Assembly: GCA_963797485.1 (NCBI GenBank)
Contig: CAWCPF010000002.1
Location: 223,217-287,216, forward strand
DNA length: 64,000 bases
Direction: 5' to 3'
Source of the DNA: an uncultured Chloroflexia bacterium
GTDB taxonomy: Bacteria; Chloroflexota; Anaerolineae; Anaerolineales; E44-bin32
Numbering within the stretch: the first letter of the stretch is position 1; each line of letters begins with the position of its first letter. Below the pieces are notes generated by a model. It had not been told where the DNA came from, did not search any database, and saw nothing but the letters and a program-made list of their open reading frames with translations. This document shows, piece after piece, positions 18,226-28,760 of the stretch. The position numbers were made by a program, and so were the translations under genes.

Positions 18226-20475
18226 TTAGTGTCCGTTGATCCCTCCAAACCCATGGCCGTGGCCGCCGCCATGACCATGCCCGTTTCCGTTGCCGTTGCC
18301 ACCACCATGCCCATGCCCGTGGGGCAGGCTGGACCCATGCCTGTGGCCGTGGTGGTTGCCTTTGCCGTGTTCACCATCGTCGTTCTTCAAGATGAAGCCG
18401 AAGGTGTAGTCGGCATACCCAGTGAAATCTTCGGGGGCATCGAAGGTCACCAGCATGGCCACATCGGAGTGGTCATTCAGCAGCTTCCGGATGTTGGCCA
18501 CGCCATCCTCCGTCATGTGATTGAGCCGGAAGGAGGCGATCTTGTAGGAGGTGTTGTTCCCGGTCTTCTTGAATCCAACAAAGGTCACGTTGAAGTCGTT
18601 GTTGATCGGGAGGATTTCGGTGATGTCTTTGAACACCGAGGCATCCGTACCGTCGGAGATCGGGTTGCCGTCGACGGCCACGTTGTCCACCAGCCAACCG
18701 GGCGCGGTGAACGACCAGTCGGTCACATACCGGAACGCCACCAGGATGTCCTGGCCCGAGTAGGCACTCAGGTCGAAGCTCTCATTCAACCAACCTTCGG
18801 CATCACTCCCGGGGTAGTCCCCGCTGAAGCCGGTGAAGCCGGGCAGGTTTGCCACGACCTTGGGATGCGCGTCCGGATCATGCACGTCGGTTGTGTCGCC
18901 GTTGGCCAGGCTGGTCCAGGTGTTGCCGCCATCGGTCGAGACCTGCACGAACCCGAAATCCCAGAACTGCTCGATATCGAAGAACGTGTCGAAGCTCAGT
19001 GTTCCGCCGCCGGTGGTCTCAAAGATCGCCCAGTTGTCGAGCAGATCCCCGGCGCCGCTGAACAGCTCCTCGCCGTCGGATGTCCAGGCCGTCGGGAAGG
19101 ACGTGTAGTCCAGGCCGTTGAATTCAAAGCCCAAGACATCTTTGGTGCTGTGACCGTCCAGATAGCTGTCGATCCACAGGTAGTCCGTCCCCCAGGGTGG
19201 TGCCCCCGGGGTGTCGTAGGCCTCCGGATTGGGGGCATCCGGCGTCCCCATGTCGGCATGGAAGTCGACTTCGTCGAAGTTGTACCTTCCGCCGGCCTTC
19301 TTCGAGTCGAGCAGCATGGCCACCGAGAAGTCATGATAGACATCCGCAAAGGTCTTCTTGATATGGTGCGCCTTCAGGGTGTTGTTGATCCCGGTGATCC
19401 CATTGCCTTGTTCGTGGAACAGATCGCGCGTGAACTGCTCGCCGAACTGCTCGTACATATACAGTTCGAACAGGGCCGCTTGCCCGTAGTCGGTCAGGAT
19501 CTCCAGGTCACCCTGGTCTCCCCACACGGTCAGCGAGTTCTCGGGGTTGCTGGCGCCGGCGTCGAGGTGGCTTTGATTGGCGACGCCGTAGCCGACGAGG
19601 AATTCGGCGAAGTCGGACATGCCTTCGTTGATGAAGTTCTCCTCGTCCGGATCGTAGTCTGAGTGCAGCAAGTGCTGGTACTCATGCGCAAAGACGCCTT
19701 CGTACAGGAAGGGGCGCGGGGGATGATCCGGATCGTCCGCCGGCGGATTGGCGCCCGTGCGGTGCTCCCAATCGTAGGCGTCGATGGTCATCGCATTGCG
19801 GTCGAAGTTGGCCTCAGCGTGGGGGAAAAGAAGCCAGCGATGTAGATCGGGTAGGTGTAATCGAAGAAGTTCTCATCTTCGACATTCTCGACCAGCACGA
19901 TCTGGCGTCCCTGGCTGTCGGCGTAATAGTCGTCCGGCAGCCCGAGCAAACCGGGAAGGATGGCGCTGCTCCCGTCATGCAAGTCCGGGGTGCCAAAGAA
20001 CTCGGTCTCCTGGGGGTACATGTTGTTGTCGAACTGGTCCAGCATGTACTGCGCTTGCTCGCAGGTGATGGCGGGGGTTGCCCTGGGATCGCCATCGGGC
20101 CAACTCAGGTCCGCCTGCACCCAGACCTGAGACTGATCGGTCTCGGCCGCCAGCAGGAACACGTCAACAAAGTAGAAATCCATCGGCATCGTCCAGCCCC
20201 AGCCAGTATTTCGCATCGGTGGCGCAATCCGCGTAGGGTGTTCCGGCCACGGCCGCCAGGGCGGCATCTTCGCCGGCCTGGATTTCCTCCGCGGATCCGG
20301 GCGCCGTGGACCGATCGATGTGGGATGCCGTCGGTTCCCAACCCCGCACATCGGCGCTGATGTCCACAGGCTCATAGTTAGGCAGCTTTGGGGCGGCGCT
20401 GGCCACGCCGACCGTCCCCACCTGCCCTAGCAGGAAAGCCAGAGCGAATCCTGCTCGAAGAAGTCTGGATTTCAC
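18226..20475 (-). CDS. M6 family (immune inhibitor A-like) metallopeptidase with a His/Gly-rich C-terminal tail, two apparent frameshifts (near 19795 and 20190)
   Basis: Signal peptide MKSRLLRAGFALAFLL. The zinc motif is FAHEYQHLLH...NEGMSDF. Three ORF pieces are colinear. The tail is GEHGKGNHHGHRHGSSLPHGHGHGGGNGNGNGHGHGGGHGHGFGGINGH. Confidence 0.75.
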
Positions 20476-21030
20476 GGTTATCTCCCTCCCAGAAGCTCTA
20501 CGGTCCGAAAGATTGACGATGAATCAAACGAGTTGCGTGGCGCCCAGGGCACCTCCTGTTCCCGCTCCGGCATATGCAAGGACTCCGGTCGAAATCACCC
20601 GGACCAGACGATGAACGCCTGGACCCGCAATAGGCGACCCGCCCGCAAGATGGCCAGGTCTGTCGCTCAGATGGGTCTGAGAATTGGTCGGTTGTCGATG
20701 CAGCTTGGATCTTCGCGACGATGCTTCCGGAGGGTGTGCCTAAGGCACCAAGATCCCCCACGGCATGGGCGCCCAACACCCAGGCCGGCGGCGCCGCACA
20801 GCCTCGGCGACCCCCCGGAGAACACGCACAGCGGAGGCTCCCAGTCCCCCGCTGTTCAACATTTGTACCTTATTTGACTCAACCGTAACTCAACTTCTGA
20901 GGTTCTGGTTGGCATGACGGGAGTCCGTTTGAGCGGCCCCTGAGAGTTTGGCGCCCGGCAGGACATGATCGGCCAAACACGAGCCTGCAGGCCGTCCATG
21001 GCGCGGGTGGCCGGGCCAAAGGCGCGCCGG

Positions 21031-21065
21031 AAAACCACGGGGGCGGCAGAAGGTCTGCCGCCCCC
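21031..21065 (-). terminator. rho-independent terminator downstream of the 21093-21419 gene
   Basis: 11-bp stem GGGGGCGGCAG / CTGCCGCCCCC. On the minus strand it is followed by GTGGTTTTCC. Confidence 0.7.
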
Positions 21066-21092
21066 GAGTAGGTTCACGAACTTGGGTTGGGT

Positions 21093-21419
21093 CTACTTCA
21101 TGACCGTCTTGGCCGGCTCGCTGGAGGCCATCGACGGCGCACTGGTGGAGCTGCTGGACCGGCTGCGCATACCCCAGATCAACAAAGCCAGGCCGGCGCC
21201 GAGGCCAAATCCGCCGATGGTGGCGCTGCCGCTCACCCAATGCCCGAGCAAGGCGAAGACGCCCAACAGTCCCAGGAAGGCGCCCAGGGCAAACTGCCAG
21301 CTGCCGCGGTGGTCGTCAAACGAGCGCAGTGTGAACCAGCCCACGCCAATCCCGAAGACGAAGGCACCCAGGGCCCGCAGCACCAAACCTAGAATATTGA
21401 AAATCGACAGGATATCCAT
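21093..21419 (-). CDS. small membrane protein (3 TM), unknown function
   Basis: 108 aa, Gly-rich TM helices, GAGGAGGGA upstream of the ATG. Confidence 0.55.
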   Translation of the reverse strand: MDILSIFNILGLVLRALGAFVFGIGVGWFTLRSFDDHRGSWQFALGAFLGLLGVFALLGHWVSGSATIGGFGLGAGLALLIWGMRSRSSSSTSAPSMASSEPAKTVMK

Positions 21420-21559
21420 GCTGTTCCAACTCCCTCCTCTGAAGTGAGACTTGTATGAACCGCGACCGTCATCGCGGTCCGTAGAAGTTAGTTGGCCCGC
21501 ACCTCGACGGGCACCGGCCCGGGTGGTACTATCCAGATTGCCAAGTGAGGTTTCCGACG

Positions 21560-21688
21560 ATGGCTCGAAAAGACAACCCCGGCCGCCAATCCAAGAAACG
21601 CCCCCGTACGAGCTGGTCTCAGATTCTCTTCACCGTGATGGCCCTGATCGTAATCGCCGCCTTCGTGCTCAGCCTGCTCGCCAACTAG
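21560..21688 (+). CDS. 42-aa tail-anchored small membrane protein (not in the ORF track)
   Basis: MARKDNPGRQSKKRPRTSWSQILFTVMALIVIAAFVLSLLAN. GAGG lies ~8 nt upstream. The N-terminus is basic and there is a single C-terminal TM. Confidence 0.45.
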   Translation: MARKDNPGRQSKKRPRTSWSQILFTVMALIVIAAFVLSLLAN

Positions 21689-21750
21689 GCCTGCGCCCAT
21701 CGCATCCCCGGTGAGCGACCCCGGCCGGTCAAGCTTTGGCACACCGGGAT

Positions 21751-22029
21751 CTACCCGAACGAGAAGAACATCGAAACCAGCGAAAGCAACCCGGCCACGA
21801 AGTAACCCACCATGGCCACCCGGTTCTGCGAGCGCATGACGGCGTTGGTGGCATCGATGTACTGGTTGAAATCGTGCACGAAGTCCTTCAGCTGGTCCCC
21901 CGTGCCCTCGGTCTCCCGCATGCGGAACGTGCGTGCCAGACCCTGGGACAGGCGCCAGTGCTGATAGGCAAACGTGAAAAAGATGGCGGCGAACAGAAGC
22001 CAAATCGGATAGAAATCGTGAACCTGCAT
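21751..22029 (-). CDS. small membrane protein (2 TM), unknown function
   Basis: Start MQVHDFYPIWLLFAAIFF with GGAGG 8 nt upstream. The longer ORF to 22089 lacks an RBS. Confidence 0.5.
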   Translation of the reverse strand: MQVHDFYPIWLLFAAIFFTFAYQHWRLSQGLARTFRMRETEGTGDQLKDFVHDFNQYIDATNAVMRSQNRVAMVGYFVAGLLSLVSMFFSFG

Positions 22030-22481
22030 GAGAGTGCCTCCTGGAACCCGGTCAGTTTGGATAGGCAGGTTTAGCCCTGGGTCCGGCACCCAAACCGCAG
22101 GCCGCGTTGTTGGGTCCGCCTGCCTGGCTCTTGAGCCTGTGGCGTGGCACAGGATACATTAGAACCCCGCAGGCGGCAATGACCCCCAATTCCCCCGCCC
22201 TTGCAGGGACGGGCGCCGTCCGGCGGCCGCAAGGCGTCGCCCAGCACACGCTCTCAATAGGACCCATCTCCCAGGCGCCGGAAGTAACGCCCGTCCCTGG
22301 CCGACGTTTTCTTGGTCACAGCCAAGAGCATTAGAGTGCAGCCGGTGAATTGAGACAATTCTGCAAGTGCCCTGTAAGGTCGTCGGAAGCCCGGTTGTGC
22401 TAACCTTCAGTCACAGCTACATAAACAAAACCGGTCCGCAAGGCCCGGTCGAATTCTAAAACAGGAAGGAGGTGAAACCAG

Positions 22482-22628
22482 ATGCTATACGCGCCGAAAG
22501 AAAGAGGTCAGGGTTTGGTAGAGTACGCGTTGATCCTCGTTTTGGTCGCTGTTGTCGTGATTGTGATTTTGGCTCTGCTTGGCCCGGCGATCGGCAACGT
22601 CTTCAGCAATATCGTTAGCAACATCTAG
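22482..22628 (+). CDS. Flp family type IVb pilin
   Basis: 48 aa, MLYAPKERGQGLVEYALILVLVAVVVIVILALLGPAIGNVFSNIVSNI. It has the G/LVEYAL processing motif and a strong GGAAGGAGG RBS. It is not in the ORF track (<60 aa). Confidence 0.8.
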   Translation: MLYAPKERGQGLVEYALILVLVAVVVIVILALLGPAIGNVFSNIVSNI

Positions 22629-22677
22629 TCCGACGCGTCGTATCCGGGAGGTCTCACCTCCCGCCTGACAAGAAGAC

Positions 22678-22709
22678 AGCCCTATCAAGCGATAGGGCTC
22701 TTCTTCTTT
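22678..22709. terminator. rho-independent terminator after flp (also downstream of the convergent gcvT-like gene)
   Basis: AGCCCTATC-aagc-GATAGGGCT followed by cttcttcttt. Confidence 0.7.
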
Positions 22710-22729
22710 AAGCGGCCGGCCGCGCCAGA

Positions 22730-24254
22730 CTACTTGGGAAATCGGGTCAACACCGTGGCCGGGGAGGGCACCTGAAGCCGCGATCCGATGTCGACGGATT
22801 GGCCATCTTTGGCGACCAATCCGCCCTGGAAGATCCCCAAGTGGGTGTCCGGGGCGGTGGAGTCCATATCGACATACGCCTGGCCGAGCAGGTAGCCGTC
22901 CGAATCGACGGCGCAGGATGTGACCTTCCCCACGACGCGCCCACGATGATCGACCACCGGATCCCCGTAGTGCGCCATGCGCACGCCCTTATCATCGAAG
23001 CGGAAGCGGACGACTTCGCCCCGGCGTTCGTGCTCCTGTGCCAGGAACGCGCTGCGCCCGGCGAACCACGGCTTATAGGTCTTGACATAAGCGCCAAACC
23101 CGGCATGGCCAACGCCGAGACCCATCTCCCCGGCCATCTCGTGACCGTACAGGGGCAGCCCGGCTTCCGTCCGCAGCGAATCGCGAGCCCCCAGACCCAC
23201 CGGCTTCAGACCCATCGGATGTCCGGTTTTCAGGATTGCTTCCCACAAAGCCGGGCTCGCGTCCGGATGCACGAAAAGCTCATACGCCGTGCGCTCACCG
23301 GTATAGCCGGTCCGGCTGACCACCAGATCGAACTTGCCAAAGCGGCCTTCCATCACGCCGGCCCACTTCAGCCCGCTCAGCCTCTCCGCCGAAGCGTCGT
23401 CGGTCCCCAGGCCCAGCAAGATGTCCCGGCTGCGGGGGCCCTGCAGGGCCAGGTCGACGCGCATGTCGCCGCGCGGCATCGGGCAGGCGCAGGTTGCGCA
23501 GGCGGCAGTGGCGCCCAAGGGCCAGCGCCCACGGCCGGGCTTCGTCGATCCGGGCGGAACCGCTCTGCACCGCCTGGAGCCAGGCCCAATCCTTGTCATC
23601 ATTGGAGGCGTTGACCACTATCATGTAGGTTTCGGCGCCCCGGCGGTAGATCATCAGGTCATCGAGCACGTGCCCATCCGGGTCCATCAAATGTGTGTAA
23701 TGCAACTCGCCGATCTCGAGCTTGGCCACGTCGTTGCCGACGACGCTATCCAGGAACGCAGCCGCGCCGCTGCCCTCGGCCTGGTAGACGCCCATGTGGC
23801 TGACATCGAACAAGCCGGCCGCATGGCGCACGGCTAGATGCTCCTCGACCACCGACGTGTACCAAACCGGCATTTCCCAGCCGGCGAAGGGGACCATCTT
23901 GGCGCCCAGGGACTTGTGGGCTTCGAACAGCGCCGTCCGGCGCAGAGTCTCGGGCTCGGCGTCGTCCCAGGCGAAGGCCGGGAGCGGATCGCCTTCATCG
24001 GCTGGGTTCACGCCGATGTACCAGGGCTTGTCGGTCCCGTCGGCTATCTGCTTGGGCGCGCCGTCCTTGGCCGGACCGGCGTCGCTGACGACCACCGGCC
24101 CGGGCAGTTTTCGCTCCAGGTCTGCCGGATCGAAAGCCACAAAGCCGTCGGAGAGATCGCGCAGCCAGGTTGACAGACGCGGCACGGCTTCGGCGGGGAC
24201 GGCCAGGGACCACACCGAGCCGTCCTTGGGCCGGGTCAGGCTGGCCTCGATCAA
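22730..24254 (-). CDS. gcvT: aminomethyltransferase (GcvT-like) module, apparently the C-terminal part of a SHMT fusion; frameshifts near 23500 and 24262
   Basis: RRTALFEAHKSLGAKMVPFAGWEMPVWYTSVVEEHLAVRHAAGLFDVSHMG..., then DLALQGPRSRDIL...SRTGYTGERTAYELFV...GLGARDSLRTEAGLPLYGHE. Upstream, a degenerate second GCV_T-like domain links to SHMT. Confidence 0.7.
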
Positions 24255-24268
24255 CTGGCCCCCGGCGT

Positions 24269-25856
24269 CTACGCGTACACGACAGTTTCCCCGGGCGCCA
24301 GCTCGTCCGCCCGGGCCGTGGTGGCCCAGGTCAGGAATTCGCCTGCCTCCGGTCCGTCGATCTGGATCGCCTGTCGCCCCTTCCCCGGAACGGGGTCATC
24401 CAAATAGTAAAAATGAGGGTAGCCATGTTCCCCCGGCTGGGTATCGATACCGGCAGCCTGAGCGAGATCGCGCACGCGCAGGCGAACATCGTTCAGGACC
24501 TCGAAATCGACCTTGGCCCGGGCCGAGCCTCCCTTGCGGCCGCCCGAGGCATACGGCAGGCAGGCCTTGAGCACACGGGCAATCAGCCGGCCCACTTCCC
24601 GGCTGCCATCCGCGTCGAAGCCGCGCTGCGTGATCCAGGGCGTCCCCAGCCGGATGCCGGAGGGGTTAAAGAGCCGAGCGGTCCCCAGGGATCGTCTGGC
24701 GGTTCACGACCAGCCCGGCCAGATCCAGGATGCGGGCCGCCAGATCCCCGGAGAGTGCCGTGCCGTCTTCCCCGGTCACCGACTTGCAGTCGACGTTGGT
24801 GAGATGGGTGTCGGTCCCCCCGAACGGAATGCGCAGGCCTTCGCCCGCCAGGGCTTCGGTCATAGCCACACAGTTGGTGACGATCTGATGCTGGAGTGTC
24901 TTGAATGCCTGCGAGGCGGCGAGTTTGAAGGCCACCGCCTGCGCGGCGATGGTGCTGATATGCGGTCCACCCTGCTCGCCCGGAAACACGGCCCGATCGA
25001 TGGCGCGCGCCAGCTTGGGCGACGCCGTCAGGATCACCGCCCCGCGCGGACCACACAAGGACTTATGGGTGGTGAAGGTGATCACGTCGGCGAAGCCAAC
25101 TGGCGATGGGTAGGCTCCGGCGGCCACCAGTCCGGCCACGTGGGCGATGTCGGCCAACAGGTACGCGCCCACCTCGTCGGCGATGGCGCGGAAGGCGGCC
25201 CAGTCCACAGCCCAGGCGTACGACGAGAACCCGGCGATGATCATCTTGGGCTGGTGCTCGCGGGCCACGGCCCCGACCTGGTCGTAGTCGATCCTTTCCG
25301 TCTCGGGATCGACGGTGTAGTGCACGGCATGGAAGTACTTGCCCGACCGGTTGACCGGCGAACCATGGGTGAGATGGCCGCCGTGGAGCAGGTTCATGCC
25401 CATCACGGTGTCGCCCGGCTCGAGCAGCGCGTGGTATACGGCGTTGTTGGCCGGGGCGCCAGAGAGGGCCTGGACGTTGACGTACAGGTTGTCGGCCGAC
25501 ACCCCGTTGGCGGCGAAGACCTCGGCGCAGCGCCGGCGGGCCAAGGACTCAACCAGATCCACGTATTCGACGCCCTTGTAGTAGCGTGGATCCGAGTAGC
25601 GGCGGTAGTGCGCCAGGCGCGCCGGGATGTCCAGCAGCTCGGACTCGGTCATCCGGCGTGTGTCCTCATCCGGATAACCCTCGGCGTAGATGTTGTTAAA
25701 GGGCGTCCCGAGCACGTCAAGCACGGCCCTGGGGGCACTGCTCTCGGATGGGATCAGGATCAGCTTGCGGTACTGGCGCTCGGTTTCGAACTCGATGATG
25801 TCGGCCACAGCCGGATCGAGCTCGGCCAGGCTCCCGCGGATCAGGAAATCAGGCAT
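24269..25856 (-). CDS. glyA: serine hydroxymethyltransferase with a C-terminal extension continuing into the GcvT-like module; frameshift near 24668
   Basis: LILIPSESSAP, TFTTHKSLCGPRG (the PLP lysine motif), and ...IPGDRSA / NPSGIRLGTPWITQRGF. The open frame then continues (...PHFYYLDDP...QIDGPEAGEFL...) with no RBS or start before the AMT domain. Confidence 0.8.
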
Positions 25857-25927
25857 GCAGGGCTCCAAGAGGGACGTTGCCATTTGCCGGGAGGACTGCG
25901 CCTCGACCGGCACCGGGTTGCGTCTGG

Positions 25928-25956
25928 ATTGTATTCCGCGGCCATGGAGGGGTCAA
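25928..25956 (-). promoter_or_regulatory. sigma-70-type promoter of glyA (TTGACC-17-TACAAT)
   Basis: Read on the minus strand. The -10 context TACAATCCAGAC is repeated at 35023. Confidence 0.5.
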
Positions 25957-25991
25957 GCAATGGCCCAGCCGGTCCGCTTCGTCCGGCTGGC

Positions 25992-26009
25992 TTGTGAATT
26001 CCTTCACAA
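25992..26009. promoter_or_regulatory. CRP/FNR-type palindrome TTGTGAATTCCTTCACAA
   Basis: Perfect palindrome centred ~45 bp upstream of the glyA -35 hexamer. Confidence 0.5.
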
Positions 26010-26018
26010 AATGGACGG

Positions 26019-27619
26019 CTAGGGGACGGGCATAGGGCCGCCCTTGTACACCCACAGGTCAAACAGTGCCTGCAGGTCACAGCTGCAGGTGGCCTCGGCC
26101 GAAGCCTGGAAGTCCTGAGACGTGGCCGTGCTGTATCGATACTCCGCGTAGTAAGCTTTGAGGAAGGCGAAGAACGCTTGATCGCCGATGCGTTGGCGCA
26201 GGGCGTCGAAGAACAGTGCGCCTTTCCAGTACACAATCAGGGCGTAGGTGTTTTCATCCGGGTAATCGCCGACACCCAGTCCGATGGGCAGATCACCGCG
26301 GAAGTAAGGGCCGACCACGGACCGGTAGTGGCTGAGCTCGCCGGTTGCCCGTCCATCCCCCTCGTAATGTTCGAGAAACAGCACCGAGGCATAGGTGGCA
26401 GCGGCTTCGTCCAGCCAGGGCTGTTCGAGCTGGTCGTCGCCAATCAGGCCGTAGAACCACTGATGTGCCACCTCATGGATGACGGGGATCTCCAGGTCGG
26501 GGGTCCCGACCGTGCCGATGGTCACCAGCCCCGGATATTCGATTCCCCCAAACGCGCCGGGGACGTCGACCACGTCCAGCTCCGTGTACGGATACGGCCC
26601 CACGTCCTGGCTCAGCAGGTCGAGCTGGTCACGCGCCAGCCGGAGCATGCGCGACAGGTCGCTGCGATGCGCCTCCAGTACCCAGCCCTGGATGGTGACG
26701 CCGTCCGCCTGAACCGAACCCTGGACGAAGGGGCCTACGGCAAAGGCAAAATCGCGCACCGGGCCGGTGACATAGCTCACGGTCTGGGTGTCCCCGTCAG
26801 CCTCCTGCCGGGCGACTTCGACGCCCGAGGCGGCCAGGCCGGCATCGGCCGGCACGGTCAGCTCGACGGTGTACATGGCGATGTCAGAGTTGGTGGTGTC
26901 ACCCCCGGAAGGGGCGCGTTCTTCCTCCCACTGGCCGTCGATCAGGCGCGGCACCAGCGGATAGAACGTGGGCGCGAACAACACGCCCTGAGTAAGACCG
27001 AAACGCCCCGGCTCGGGACCCCCGATGTCCCCCTGCGCCTGGATTTCGAACGGCACGCTCAGGTCGAGGCTCTCCCCGGCCTTCAGCGGAGCCGGCAGCC
27101 GGTAGCGCACGGCCAGGCCGCCCAGCTCAATCGTGGGCGGCACGACCTTCCCACCAATCAGGGCGGGGCCAGCCTGCATCGCTGGATCGGTACTGACGGT
27201 CATTGGGCCACAGCATGAGGACCAGGTCGGCCAGCGGCTCCGTCTGGGGGTTGGTGTACACGATGCGCGCCAGCCCCTGGATGGCCGCCTGCTGGGCAAG
27301 CGCATTCAACGTCACACTGGCGCGAATGGCATACCGGGTCCAACCCGGATCGGAATCCAGGATGTCCTGCTCGCCCGGCTTGAGCGCGGCGCGCTGCTGG
27401 CCCGGCAAGTCGTTGTCGGCCGGCGGGGTGGCGGCCAGGGTAGGCAGGAAGGTCGGACTGGGAGTGGGCGTGAAGGCTGGAGGCAGACTGCGCGCCGTGC
27501 TGGTTGAGACCGGAACCGAAGGGGTCGTCGGCGTGGCCGCCGGCAGGCCGGGCGCCGGACCGCACGCCGCCGCCAGCGACCATCAGCCACACGACCCCTC
27601 GGGCTCGGCGATGCAACAT
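26019..27619 (-). CDS. M1 family (aminopeptidase N-like) metallopeptidase, two apparent frameshifts (near 27185 and 27545)
   Basis: The gluzincin motif is VIHEVAHQWFYGLIGDDQLEQPWLDEAAATY. The N-terminal signal is MLHRRARGVVWLMVAGGG, followed by a PT-rich linker in a second frame. Confidence 0.75.
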
Positions 27620-27677
27620 GCTCACCTCGGAAAACACAGGGCCGCGTCCGAAAGGCTCCGGAAGGACACGGCTCAAG

Positions 27678-27752
27678 TGGGCGGAACAGGACTTCGAACC
27701 TGCGACCCCTTCTGTGTAAGAGAAGTGCTCTAACCAGCTGAGCTATCCGCCC
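27678..27752 (-). tRNA. tRNA-Val (anticodon UAC)
   Basis: Cloverleaf folded by hand: acceptor GGGCGGA/TCCGCCC, D arm GCTC..GAGC, anticodon stem CTTCT/AGAAG with loop CTTACAC, T stem GCAGG/CCTGT. CCA is not encoded. The T loop has 8 nt (TTCGAAGT), possibly a 1-nt indel. Confidence 0.85.
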
Positions 27753-27871
27753 GACCAGATTATACGACGACCTCGTCTCATCCCGGCTGCGGCGGGTTTT
27801 GCCCGTCGGAACAGGTGATGCTATAGTTCCGGGCCATCCGACCCGTCGGTGATTGGACGGACACACGCTCC

Positions 27872-28721
27872 ATGGCCTCGTTTGAGAACCGGATTCGAGA
27901 AGTCAGAACGGACCTCACGCCCAGTTTTCGGGTTCTGGCCGATTTCCTGCTCGAACTCGTATGACCAGGCAGCGTTCCTTTCAGGAACCGAGCTCGCCCA
28001 CCGGTTGGATGTCGATCCGGCCACCGTGGTGCGTTTCGCACAGCGTCTGGGCTATCCAGGCTACCGTGAACTCCAGCGCGAGGTTCAACAGCGGGTTCAA
28101 CAACTTCTGGATCCCCCGCTGGCTGCCCGCGCCGGTTCGCCTGAACAAGCCGCCGCTCAGGGATTTGACCAGGTGGAAAAGCTGCTGGATCGGGTTCGGC
28201 GGACGTTTCCGTTCGAGGCCGCCAACCAGCTCATCAAGCTGCTGGACGAGGCGGCGCGGGTGGTCATTCTGGCGGAGGGTCTGGCGCTGACCTCGGCGCG
28301 CAACCTGGGAGCCTGGCTCGAACTCGGCGGCCATACCGTCCACTATAGTGCGGGTTCGGCGGCGGATCTGGCTCGGGCGCTGGCGGGGCTGCGGCGGGGC
28401 GATCTCGTGCTGGCGGTCGAGATCGACGGGGAAACCCCGATGCTGGCGCGGGCCCTGGAGCAGGCCGGCCGGCAAGGGGCCACGACCGTGGCCCTGGTGG
28501 CCACACCCTCGGACGAGGTCACGTTGCACGCCGATCTGGTGCTCGCCGGGAAGAGCGTCCCGGACCCCGGGCTGGCGCTGATGATGCTCGACGGCATGGC
28601 CTACGCGCTGATGCGCATGCTGATCAAAGCTCGGCCGGGACGTTACCAGCCGGTTGACGGCCGAATTCGAGACCTCACGCGCGCCCTGTCCGGACGCGAA
28701 GGCTCTGACAAAGGCGCCTGA
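27872..28721 (+). CDS. MurR/RpiR family transcriptional regulator (HTH + SIS), apparent frameshift near 27950
   Basis: MASFENRIREVRTDLTPSFRVLADFLL / NSYDQAAFLSGTELAHRLDVDPATVVRFAQRLGYPGYRELQ, followed by a SIS-like domain. Confidence 0.75.
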
Positions 28722-28760
28722 ACGCGCCCGCGCGCCGAGCCATCCGCGACGCCCATCCGC

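Noticed and set aside
18172-19662. A 496-aa plus-strand ORF opposite the M6 peptidase gene.
   Set aside because: It is a mirror-frame ORF, typical of high-GC DNA. Its sequence is low-complexity (V/G/A/P-rich) with no motifs. The minus strand carries the clear HEYQHLLH peptidase.
20880-21030. A structured-looking G+C-rich segment tested mentally against SRP RNA, 6S RNA, tmRNA and cobalamin or other riboswitch cores.
   Set aside because: I recognised no conserved signature sequence. It is kept only as a low-interest non-coding gap.
25857-25927. The glyA 5' UTR as a possible THF or ZTP riboswitch.
   Set aside because: The leader downstream of the predicted promoter is only a few tens of nucleotides. 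It lacks the conserved cores I know for those classes.
24513-25997. A 494-aa plus-strand ORF opposite glyA.
   Set aside because: It is an antisense shadow ORF. The minus strand encodes canonical SHMT with the PLP-lysine motif.
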